Positions 29,792 to 38,788 of a stretch of 41,610 bases of DNA are shown here, piece after piece. The number at the start of each line of letters is the position of its first letter. Position 1 is the stretch's first letter. The stretch lies in the NCBI GenBank assembly GCA_938029485.1, contig CALHGC010000149.1, positions 1 to 41,610 of the forward strand, given 5' to 3'. Under the pieces are notes generated by a model, which did not search any database, was not told the DNA's origin, and worked only from the letters and a program-made list of their open reading frames with translations. The stretch is from an uncultured Treponema sp. (GTDB lineage Bacteria; Spirochaetota; Spirochaetia; Treponematales; Treponemataceae). The position numbers were made by a program, and so were the translations under genes.

Positions 29792-31990
29792 CTATAACTT
29801 AAATTTCGCCACTTCAAACGCGAGATTTTCTATATTCTCTTTATTTCTTTGAGTGATACTGCTCACTGCTTGTACGGCATTGTTAATTTGCACCGCTCCG
29901 GATGCCATTTCAGCCATACTGTTTGCAATTGAATCCGACATAGTACCGAGGTGTTTCATCTCCTGAGATACTAAATTGCTGCCATTCAGCATTTCTTGCG
30001 AACTATTTTTAATGCCGGTCATCATTGTTTCTAATTGCTGCATCGCGTTCATAATCCGTTCGCTATCGGAACGTTGTTTTTGCATCGCTTCCATAATAGT
30101 ATTTTCCTGTCGTTTTGTTTGATCGGCTAATTGGAAAATAGCATCAAAATGCTGTGCAATGACAGGGGCTGCTTCATGAACTTTTTCTATTTTATCTTTT
30201 AAATTTTTCAATATAGCAGTAATATTTTTGCCTTGCGTATTCGATTCTTCCGCAAGCTTCCGGATTTCTGCTGCAACAACGGCGAACCCTTTTCCTGATT
30301 CCCCTGCATGGGCTGCCTCAATTGCTGCATTCATTGCCAGCAGATTAGTCTGTGCGGCAATATTTTGAATAACCGTACTGGCATCAAACAATACTGCTGA
30401 ACTTTCATTTACCGACTTTGTCAGATTTACCGTTTCTAGAATGGCATTTTTGCCGGCACGAGTAGCAGAATGCAACGTTTCCAGCGTTTTTAGATTATAT
30501 TCGACAACCTCATTCACTTCGGTTGTATTTTCAGCCATTTGTGCGGTATCGGCGGTCGAATTTTTAACGACATCCGTTTGAACGACAATATTAGCATTAA
30601 GTGTTTCAATGGTATGCATTATTACTTGCAGAGAAGATCCTACCGCAAGAATACTCGAAGCATGCTGCAGCATTTCTTTTTTTACATTTTCAATATTTGT
30701 ACTAATTGTATGTACGGTATTCGTTGTCTCAGTCATATTTGTAACAAGTTCTGCTCCAACATACTGCATATTGTCTGCCGTATTTCGAACAGATTGAACG
30801 GATAGGGCGATTTTCTCAATAGTCCGATTAAAATAGAGCGCCAATCTCCCGATTTCATCATTTTTACGGGTAGGTAACCTCACTTGCAGATTCCCCTCTC
30901 CTTCGGCAATGCCTGCCAATAGTTGTGTTGTGTGGATAACAGGCCGTATAAAAAATCGGCTCGCAGCATTAAAGGCTGTAAGCAAAATGATCAAAGAAAT
31001 ACCTGTTGCTGCTACAAAAAAGAGGATTAACTGCCGCAAATGCGCAGCGGTGCTTGTTTGTGCAATCAATATAACGCAGCCGAAATCGGTAATCGGCAGG
31101 CTGATAGGGAATGTTTTCGCATAATACGGCACGCCTGCAATTGATTCTTCAAAGCGTAGTTCCTTCTTATAGGTATAATCACTTAAATGTTTTATGCCCA
31201 ATTCCGTAATGGGAAGAAAAAAACGGTCAGGAGCAATCGTATTTACCAAAACTTTATCACTTCTATCGGTTAGAATAACTTGGCAGTCGTTATCATGATG
31301 CTGTGCCAATAATAAGGCAAGATGAGAAAGATCGACATCAAATGTTACGACTCCTTTAAACTGTCCCTTGACATCAATAATGCCTTTGACAATAGTCATA
31401 ACTGTTTGACCGGACGATGTACGGTATGCATTTAGTGATTGCACCTCGCCGGGCTTCTGCTTTCCCAGTTTATACCATTCACGAGTACGGGCATCATAGC
31501 CGTCTTTTCTATCAATTGGAGGATAGTGTACATAGCCTCCATTGTGTTCCGTAGCAAAGGCGATTCCGACAAAAATGGGATTTTCTTGTTGAAACTGCAT
31601 ACAAAGCCGCATTACACGCTCTTCATAGCTACCGGGTATGCAGATCATCTTTGAAATGCCCGATGCAGTATGTTTATCTTTATAGGAAGTGATATCGGCA
31701 TCTACAGCGGTGATAATATCTGAGGCAGCAAATGTTCGTATGATATTCGCGGTATTCGAAAAATACAGCGAAAGCAGCTGCTCCGTATTTTTAAAACCGG
31801 TCTGTACGGATTGTTGCAGTTGGAGTGTAAAAAACGTTTTATCCCGCATATAGTTTGCAATCATAAACCCTGCAAGACATAACGGGAAAAAGAGAAAAAC
31901 AAGGAAAAATTTTAATTTAAGAGAAACTGCCGCTTTCGGTTGCCCTGCATGAGCTGAATTGTGCTGAAATATCACATTTTTTATTTTCAT
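29792..31990 (-). CDS. Methyl-accepting chemotaxis protein (Cache-HAMP-MA)
   Basis: TM-periplasmic (YDARTREWY)-TM, HAMP (DEIGRLA), [26 protein letters not shown]. Confidence 0.95.
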   Translation of the reverse strand: MKIKNVIFQHNSAHAGQPKAAVSLKLKFFLVFLFFPLCLAGFMIANYMRDKTFFTLQLQQSVQTGFKNTEQLLSLYFSNTANIIRTFAASDIITAVDADITSYKDKHTASGISKMICIPGSYEERVMRLCMQFQQENPIFVGIAFATEHNGGYVHYPPIDRKDGYDARTREWYKLGKQKPGEVQSLNAYRTSSGQTVMTIVKGIIDVKGQFKGVVTFDVDLSHLALLLAQHHDNDCQVILTDRSDKVLVNTIAPDRFFLPITELGIKHLSDYTYKKELRFEESIAGVPYYAKTFPISLPITDFGCVILIAQTSTAAHLRQLILFFVAATGISLIILLTAFNAASRFFIRPVIHTTQLLAGIAEGEGNLQVRLPTRKNDEIGRLALYFNRTIEKIALSVQSVRNTADNMQYVGAELVTNMTETTNTVHTISTNIENVKKEMLQHASSILAVGSSLQVIMHTIETLNANIVVQTDVVKNSTADTAQMAENTTEVNEVVEYNLKTLETLHSATRAGKNAILETVNLTKSVNESSAVLFDASTVIQNIAAQTNLLAMNAAIEAAHAGESGKGFAVVAAEIRKLAEESNTQGKNITAILKNLKDKIEKVHEAAPVIAQHFDAIFQLADQTKRQENTIMEAMQKQRSDSERIMNAMQQLETMMTGIKNSSQEMLNGSNLVSQEMKHLGTMSDSIANSMAEMASGAVQINNAVQAVSSITQRNKENIENLAFEVAKFKL

Positions 31991-32271
31991 AATTGCTAGC
32001 CTTTTACTTTTAATTGGTACTTTGAAATGTTTTTAGATTATAGCATGATAAGAACAAAAAGCAATCAGAAACAAATAAAAAATTAATAATTATCAGCCGC
32101 CGGATTTTGATGTATAATAAATAAATTACAAGCGCCGTATATAAAATTGACAGATGTACTTGCAGTTTCTGAATCTTTCAGCTTGTTAAATAGGTTTTTG
32201 TGTTGTATATTTCCGATGAGAATGCGTATAGCATCCGCTTATTTTCAGCAAACTGAGTCAGGAATATAAAC

Positions 32272-33246
32272 ATGAACAAAAGATTTTTTTATTGGTCTAT
32301 TATCAGCATTGCTGTTACGGCCCAGTTATTTGCAGTTGAGACGGTGCGTTTTCAGGAGCAGACTTACAGCGGGTCTGTAACCTACAACGAAAAGGCTCAA
32401 CCGGGAGATGCAGTATTCGTACGTCTTTCGATGAAGTTTTCCGATACTGCACATAAGGAGACTTCACAAAATTCTACCGCCGTTTTGCAGCTCTTTAAGG
32501 GAAAAGAGCGGGCTGCTTCTGCACAGTTTTTCTTTACACATCCCAAAAACCGCAGTGTGGAAACGGCTGATATGCTTGCGGGTATTCCGCTTTCGACATG
32601 GCTTTCCGGTGAGGAGACGTATTCACTTAAAGTGATTATTTCAACTGGGGAAGCACAGAAAAAAGAAATAACGCTGCCCTTTGGTATTCAGAAAAAGCAA
32701 TTTGTTTCCGAGCGTATTGTGCTTGATGCAAGAAATACGGGGATTAGAAAAGATGCGAGTCCGGAGCGCCGTGCACAAATTGAAAAGCTTAATAACATTC
32801 TTGCAACGATTACACCTCAGGATGTGTATACTCTGAAGCCGTTTACGATTCCGGTAGATTCAAAACGGATAACGTCCGGTTTTGGGGATCGCCGAGTCTT
32901 TGAATATACCGACAAGCAAACGAGTACTACGCTGCATTACGGAATAGATTATGGTGTGCCAACGGGGACTCCCGTTCATTCCTGTGCTGAGGGAAAGGTT
33001 GTACTAGCGGAGAACCGTATTTCTACCGGCTGGAGTGTTGTGGTAGAGCATTTGCCCGGACTGTACAGTCTCTATTACCATCTGGATTCGCTGAACGTGC
33101 AAGAAGGTCAATATGTCAAACAAGGGGAAAAGCTTGGCCTTTCAGGTGCAACGGGACTTGCAACCGGTCCGCATCTTCATTGGGAAGTGCGGCTGAATAT
33201 GGGCGCTGTAAATCCCGAATTCTTTTTGAAAGCGTTTAGTTTTTAA
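32272..33246 (+). CDS. M23 family metallopeptidase
   Basis: Signal peptide; HYGIDY and TGPHLHWEV zinc motifs. Confidence 0.93.
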   Translation: MNKRFFYWSIISIAVTAQLFAVETVRFQEQTYSGSVTYNEKAQPGDAVFVRLSMKFSDTAHKETSQNSTAVLQLFKGKERAASAQFFFTHPKNRSVETADMLAGIPLSTWLSGEETYSLKVIISTGEAQKKEITLPFGIQKKQFVSERIVLDARNTGIRKDASPERRAQIEKLNNILATITPQDVYTLKPFTIPVDSKRITSGFGDRRVFEYTDKQTSTTLHYGIDYGVPTGTPVHSCAEGKVVLAENRISTGWSVVVEHLPGLYSLYYHLDSLNVQEGQYVKQGEKLGLSGATGLATGPHLHWEVRLNMGAVNPEFFLKAFSF

Positions 33247-33263
33247 AAGGGGGATGCCTCTTC

Positions 33264-34430
33264 TTACCTATTCCCTTTTGCCCTATTATGCGTTTTGCAG
33301 AGCATTTGACAATTTGAACTATTGGTTGCGCCGCCTTTGCTCCAAGCGGAAACATGGTCAGCCTCCATTTCGCTCAATTTCCAGATTTTTGTTTTGTTGC
33401 CGGTGTTCTCTAAAGCGCAGAGCGGACAGTTGGACGTGCCGTGTTTTTCGGCATCTTCGGTTTGTGTTGCGTACGTCGATCTTTTGGTCGGCTCATCAAA
33501 AATGCGGATATCAAGCAGTTTTTTATCAGTTTCACCGCCCAGCAGATATTGGTAAATACCTCTTTTATTTTTTACATAAAAATCTGCGTATAATTCGTGT
33601 AAACGCTGAGAAATGTGCTGCGGATTATATGAATGTCTGCTGTGGTACGTTTCGTAGAGCTGCCCCCATTCAAGACCGCACATTTCTTTTTCTACATCGA
33701 TAAAAACACTGTCTATCCAATCAATGACTGAGTTAAAATATGTTTCCAGTTCCGTAATGTTTTTATCGTGGCGATGAAGCGCCATATAATGGGAAATATT
33801 ACCTTTGCTTACCCAGTCAAGCGCAGTGTGCAAAAAGTCCTGACGGTTTGCAACGCCGTGAATATATGCGCGCCATTTTTGAATATGCGCATTTCGGCTA
33901 TTGCTAAATACTTCCTTTGCTTTGGTTACAAAGGTACCGGAATAAATTGCATTTAACAGTTCTTGGTCATTGAGCGGCTCACCAGCAATATTGATTGTTT
34001 TAAACCATTCTTTTATTTCCGTTTCAGTGCCTTCGCATTCATAAATAAGCAACTTTGTTTCAAGAATTTTATTTTGTAAATCGGCAGCTAAACCGCTAAA
34101 GTATTGCTCCATGCCATGTATATCTTTGAGCGCAAATTTACCCGTAAGAAAACGCCCAATACTGGTAATGCGCTGCTGCCCGTCTAACACTTCAAAATTC
34201 CCATCCGGAGTTTTATTAAAATAAATTAAGCCGAGCGGATAGCCTTTTATTATAGATTCAATAACAGGGGCTTCTTTTTTCTCGTCTGCATAAATATAGT
34301 TCCGCTGATACTCAGGCTGAATGGTTAAGGTTCCCGAAAGACCATATAAGCCTTTGCCTTCGTATTCATTGTATACAAAGCCTTCGCAAATATCCTTTAT
34401 TGTGATGTCTGTTCTGAGCGTGGTAATCAT
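33264..34430 (-). CDS. DUF262 (GmrS/ParB-like) plus HNH endonuclease
   Basis: PEYQRNY and [12 protein letters not shown]262 motifs; C-terminal CPLC..EADH..GG..NCQMLC..HNRAK; SD GGAGG. Confidence 0.9.
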   Translation of the reverse strand: MITTLRTDITIKDICEGFVYNEYEGKGLYGLSGTLTIQPEYQRNYIYADEKKEAPVIESIIKGYPLGLIYFNKTPDGNFEVLDGQQRITSIGRFLTGKFALKDIHGMEQYFSGLAADLQNKILETKLLIYECEGTETEIKEWFKTINIAGEPLNDQELLNAIYSGTFVTKAKEVFSNSRNAHIQKWRAYIHGVANRQDFLHTALDWVSKGNISHYMALHRHDKNITELETYFNSVIDWIDSVFIDVEKEMCGLEWGQLYETYHSRHSYNPQHISQRLHELYADFYVKNKRGIYQYLLGGETDKKLLDIRIFDEPTKRSTYATQTEDAEKHGTSNCPLCALENTGNKTKIWKLSEMEADHVSAWSKGGATNSSNCQMLCKTHNRAKGNR

Positions 34431-34477
34431 CTGTAGCCTCCGTAAAGATAACTATAGTAGAAGTTTTTATTATAGTA

Positions 34478-34774
34478 TCACTTATGCCTAATAAGAATTC
34501 GTGCATAGAGAACTTGCAAAAAGCCTTTTCTGTTTTCACATGTATACCATGGAAATTTTTCAGGCGGATTATGCTTAAATAGTATGGTCGGCCCATCATT
34601 TACTTTATTTCCACTCTGTATAGTTCCGCCCGCATTATGCTGGATTGCGTTTGTATAGTGAAAAGTTCTTAGCAGCATTTTTTCGCTTCTTTCAGGGGCT
34701 AAGCCAACTATTTCAAATTGTTCAGGACAGTATTTATCAAGGAAACTAATCGGAACGCCCATTATGCCGCTACA
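34478..34774 (-). other. Second (alternative) C-terminal cassette of the EcoRI-family methyltransferase, in the +1 frame
   Basis: CSGIMGVPISFLDKYCPEQF...YARILIRHK duplicates both ends of the MTase C-terminal module with a different middle; the frame stays open upstream to the pentamer repeat. Confidence 0.85.
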
Positions 34775-36008
34775 TTTTGTGTTTAATAAGGATGCGCGCA
34801 TAAGTTTCGCGTCCTCCGATTGTAAATCGGTGTCCATAGTTTGGGTTATCCGGTACGTAGCGGTCGAGTCCGATGATTTTAAATTGCTCGGGGCAGTATT
34901 TGTCGAGGAAGCTGATGGGGACTCCCATAATGCCGTTACATCTTGTGTTTGGTGACACTCCGGGGCTATGCTGTGCGTTTGCGGTTCGGTCGCGGAGCGG
35001 AGCGGAGCGGAGCGGAGCGGAGCTAAATAATTGTGAAGGCTCTATCGCGTTTGTCAAGTAGGTTGTATCATTTTCTTCAACTTTTTTCGTTATTGAGGTT
35101 CCTTTACTCTCTCGATAATCACTTGGGATTGCATCGGTAAAGGGAACTTCTATCGCATCGTAATTGTCATATTTTTGATATCCGATTCCTCTAACTTCTT
35201 TGTGCTTGCTGAATTTAATATTGTCAGCCATCGTCATGAGATTAAGGGGCTGATGACGGCGTCCGTGATCAAGATTAGTAAACCAGCATACATTACGGAA
35301 TTTCACCAATCCTGTCTGTTTATCATATACCCCATCGGCATAGTTTCTCGGATCGACTTCCATAATTTTAAAATATGCATTACCGTGATGAAAACCGTTA
35401 CCAAGCCACATCTTATTATTTTTTATGAGTGGAAACACTTCTTTGTAGGTGATAGCATTCATATTCCCAATAATTAAAAATTGCTTCTCGGTTTCTACAA
35501 TCCATGTTAAAAATTCGCGGAACAACGAAAATGGGGGATTAGTGATAATGATATCGGCTTCATCCCTGAGCTTTTTTACTTCTTCGCTTCTAAAGTCGCC
35601 GTCGCCTTCCATATATGACCATTGTAAATCGTTTATGTCTATTCTACCATCTTTGTTTTCATCAGCGGTAAGGGTGAAGATTTTTCCTTTTATTCGGGTT
35701 TTGTTTGCATCAAAAAGCGGACTTTCTGTTTCAAATAAGCTCGGCTGATAGTGCTTATAGGTTTTGCTTTCAACAGCATAACTGGTACTGATAAGTTTTT
35801 TTAATCCGAATGCTGCAAAGTTTTGCGCAAAGAATTTAGTAAAATTGCTCCATTCCGGATCGTCGCACGGTAAGAGAATGGTTTTACCCTTGAAAACATC
35901 GGGATTATATTCAATGTACGCATTTATCTCTTTTTGAATGTCGGGGTATTGCGTGTAAAACTCATCGTTTTTGGCTGTTTTTGCTGCCGAAAGATTTTGG
36001 TTTGCCAT
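34770..36008 (-). CDS. Adenine-specific DNA methyltransferase, EcoRI family (phase-variable candidate)
   Basis: AKNDEFYT, PCDDPEWSNF, GDGDFRS, IITNPPFS, GVPISFLDKY; promoter TTGACA-16-TATACT (36043-36016). Confidence 0.92.
   Translation of the reverse strand: MANQNLSAAKTAKNDEFYTQYPDIQKEINAYIEYNPDVFKGKTILLPCDDPEWSNFTKFFAQNFAAFGLKKLISTSYAVESKTYKHYQPSLFETESPLFDANKTRIKGKIFTLTADENKDGRIDINDLQWSYMEGDGDFRSEEVKKLRDEADIIITNPPFSLFREFLTWIVETEKQFLIIGNMNAITYKEVFPLIKNNKMWLGNGFHHGNAYFKIMEVDPRNYADGVYDKQTGLVKFRNVCWFTNLDHGRRHQPLNLMTMADNIKFSKHKEVRGIGYQKYDNYDAIEVPFTDAIPSDYRESKGTSITKKVEENDTTYLTNAIEPSQLFSSAPLRSAPLRDRTANAQHSPGVSPNTRCNGIMGVPISFLDKYCPEQFKIIGLDRYVPDNPNYGHRFTIGGRETYARILIKHKM
34992..35023. repeat. Simple sequence repeat (GCGGA)6+GC inside the MTase gene
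   Basis: Six perfect pentamers read directly; encodes SAPLRSAPLR on the minus strand. Confidence 0.97.
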
Positions 36009-36231
36009 TCTATTCAGTATACCGGATTTTATGTTGTTGTCAAAGGTTGAGTTTTCTTCCTTCCTAATTACGGAATTGTTCGAACTTTTGTGCTTTTCCG
36101 ATTAAACGTACTACATATCATAATGAACACAATTATTCTTATGTTCGGATTTGGAATGGTTGCGCATTTAATAGTATCATTAATAGAAGAAAAGATATTT
36201 TTAGCAAAACACGTTCTTCACCTGATGAATC

Positions 36232-36822
36232 CTACAATCCCCTACCGTCCATCAGCTTATCCCCCAACTCCATCGTCACCCCCGCTTCCCACCTGTTACC
36301 GTTCCGTTCAAAAATCGTGATGTTATCAACCGGAAAGTCTTCTACAAGGGTTAGTTCGTTCATAACCTGAAGAGCTTTCGTCATTATGCCTACAGGAATA
36401 TCCCGATTTGCAACAGTTGCATGAGGCTGGAAAGGCTTTTTGTCTTTTTTAGTACAGCCCGGACAGGCATTCAAAATTGCTTGTACCGTTTTATCACGAA
36501 GTTTTGTCCACGCATCACCTGCAACGACGTTTGCAAAAAGAGTTCTATCTCCAAACGCATCAAAGTTATCAATATGAGCAGTAAAACCTAAGCCTTTGGG
36601 CAAGACTTCTTTTTCAATCGCGCTGATTAAATCAGCTGTTGAATATTCTTCTTGCAATCTGAACGGAGGGACGAGTGTAACATGGATGGGAGTGCCATGC
36701 CCTGACTTGCAGCCGTAAACCTCGTTCATATAACGGCGGCAATCTTCAAGAGTAAGGGTTATATCCTCTGGGAGAAGAACACCAATAAAATGCGTTTGCT
36801 GCGGAATGTTGGTTTGTTTCAT
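36232..36822 (-). CDS. 2H phosphoesterase / 2'-5' RNA ligase family protein
   Basis: Two HxT motifs (IHVTL, PHATV). Confidence 0.88.
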   Translation of the reverse strand: MKQTNIPQQTHFIGVLLPEDITLTLEDCRRYMNEVYGCKSGHGTPIHVTLVPPFRLQEEYSTADLISAIEKEVLPKGLGFTAHIDNFDAFGDRTLFANVVAGDAWTKLRDKTVQAILNACPGCTKKDKKPFQPHATVANRDIPVGIMTKALQVMNELTLVEDFPVDNITIFERNGNRWEAGVTMELGDKLMDGRGL

Positions 36823-36949
36823 TCTTAAAATTATAGCAGGGAATCGCGTATCATGCTATTTGTTTTTTTTATATAACTCCTGCCGGCGGCTTTTCTCCGC
36901 GCTACGAGAACGGTATAATAGCCGGGTAAGTGCAGAAGTTTGAGTTTTT

Positions 36950-38788
36950 ATGGGAGTGTTTATGCAGCGAATAAGACGTACGTTGTCCGTTAAGCTCATT
37001 ATGGTATTTTTTCCGGCGATTATGGGGTTTTTGACGTTCGGATTTTTTGTGCTGCGTTATAAGACTGCGCTGGATGCATCGGCGGAGGTACGGAGAACCC
37101 TGCACATTACCGCAGCGGGAGTGCAGGCTCTGTGCAGCGGTATTCCTTTTGATGTGCTGACGGCGGATTCTTGTAGAGAAGAGCCGTTTCTGACATTGCA
37201 GCAGAAGCTGAACAAACTGCAAGAACAAACAGGTGTGTATAATATCCGACTTATCAGGAACACAGATGGGCAACTGTTCGTTTTGACGGCGACACACGGA
37301 GCAGATTCATTTTTTACGCTTACCGCTTCGCCTCAGGAACTTTTGCAAGCTTTTCAAACGAACGCCGTAACCTTTACTGCTTCACCATACACTAATCGGT
37401 TCGGGACTGTGCAATCGCTTTTTATGCCGCTTGATAACGCTGATTCCGCAAACCGGTATGTTATTGCGGTCGATTCGGATTATTCCGGGCGGCATGAACA
37501 GCTGATGCGCTCAGTATGGTTAACCGTCATTCCGGTATTTTTGTTCTGCATAGTCTGCCTTGCCGTTGTCGTGTTTTTGGTTACGGTTTTCTTTGTGCGT
37601 CCGTTAAAGGAATTCCGTAAGAATCTCGACGACATCGGCAGAGGGACCGCAGATTTGAGCATTCGGTTGGAGATAAAGGGCAATGACGAAATTTCAGACA
37701 CCGCGCACACCTTCAACAATTTTATTGCGCATCTGAATACGATGATTGCCGACTTAAAGGCAAATGCGTCGCAGACATATCTTGTGGAACAAAAACTCTT
37801 TGCCGCATCGCAGGGAACGGCAGCCTCCATCAACCAAATCCGCAGCAATACTGCGGCAATTTCAAAATCGGCGGAGCTGCTGAAACAAGATTCCGGCGAT
37901 ACAAACGAGCTGAGCGAAAATGTTTCCGGCATCGCGCAAGATCTCGTGGAAGCTATTCGGCATCAAACGCAGGCGAGCGCATCATCAGCAGAGGCGGCAG
38001 ACGAGATGATTAAAAGCTTTTCCATTATTGCGGAAGAAATCGGCCGGCTTGAAGCGTTTTCCGAATCGCTGGAAACCAAATCAGAATCGGGGATTCTCCG
38101 TATGGATGAAACGGAAAAAGTGGTAACGGACATCAACACGCGCATTCATGCAATCGATTCGTTTGTCAAAATGATTGACGATATTGCGGAAAAAACCAAT
38201 ATGCTTGCAATGAATGCCGCGATTGAATCGGCACACGCCGGCGAATACGGCAAGGGCTTTTCGGTTGTTGCAGAGGAGATCCGCAAACTTGCCGACGATG
38301 CAAAAAAGAACGCCGAAGCCATTGCGCATTCCCTCAAAGACATCATCGACCGGACACAGGCAGCTGCACTCATCACCGAGGAGACAAAGCGCTCTTTTGC
38401 GGACATCGATAGCGACGTGCATCAAACGGGGAAGGCCTTTGTTTCCATGCGGGAACAAATTGCAACCGTGTCAGGAGCAGCGGATGCCATTCAGCAAGCC
38501 GTCCTCAATCTACGCCGTCAGCAAGAGCTGGTTACTTCGAGTGCGCAGACGCTCGGCGGCGTTTCGTCGGAGCTTGCCAGCACCGGCGGCAAAATCGAAA
38601 GTCTTGCAGCACAAGTCAACACCGGCATAACCGAAATCCTTACCGGTATGGACGAAATCTCCGGCGCCGAGCACATTGTCATCCAAGAAGCCGAAAGCCT
38701 CAACGAAATAATCGGCTCAGTCAAAAATCAAATCGATAAGTTTAAAACATCGGCGGAGACAGAGCAGGCAAACATATCTTCAACCTGA
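36950..38788 (+). CDS. Methyl-accepting chemotaxis protein (HAMP-MA)
   Basis: Two TM helices, HAMP (GNDEISD), [33 protein letters not shown]; start may be the second Met (36962). Confidence 0.95.
   Translation: MGVFMQRIRRTLSVKLIMVFFPAIMGFLTFGFFVLRYKTALDASAEVRRTLHITAAGVQALCSGIPFDVLTADSCREEPFLTLQQKLNKLQEQTGVYNIRLIRNTDGQLFVLTATHGADSFFTLTASPQELLQAFQTNAVTFTASPYTNRFGTVQSLFMPLDNADSANRYVIAVDSDYSGRHEQLMRSVWLTVIPVFLFCIVCLAVVVFLVTVFFVRPLKEFRKNLDDIGRGTADLSIRLEIKGNDEISDTAHTFNNFIAHLNTMIADLKANASQTYLVEQKLFAASQGTAASINQIRSNTAAISKSAELLKQDSGDTNELSENVSGIAQDLVEAIRHQTQASASSAEAADEMIKSFSIIAEEIGRLEAFSESLETKSESGILRMDETEKVVTDINTRIHAIDSFVKMIDDIAEKTNMLAMNAAIESAHAGEYGKGFSVVAEEIRKLADDAKKNAEAIAHSLKDIIDRTQAAALITEETKRSFADIDSDVHQTGKAFVSMREQIATVSGAADAIQQAVLNLRRQQELVTSSAQTLGGVSSELASTGGKIESLAAQVNTGITEILTGMDEISGAEHIVIQEAESLNEIIGSVKNQIDKFKTSAETEQANISST

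Noticed and set aside
1615..29792. Palindromes as CRISPR repeats or integron attC sites
   Set aside because: They are dispersed, degenerate and irregularly spaced between housekeeping genes; no integrase or cas gene is present.
24848..29852. Long antisense ORFs over map and the phosphohexomutase (e.g. 24894..25577, 28981..29769)
   Set aside because: Shadow ORFs opposite well-conserved genes, with no motifs.
34478..34950. Invertible shufflon, or 34478..34837 as an independent 119-aa gene
   Set aside because: Cassettes are in direct orientation with no recombinase nearby. The listed Met has no SD and the frame continues open upstream to the repeat.
36051..36320. Hydrophobic + strand ORF (36090..36320)
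   Set aside because: No SD, and the 3' part is antisense to the 2H gene. At most a gene remnant at the island edge; not supportable without a search.
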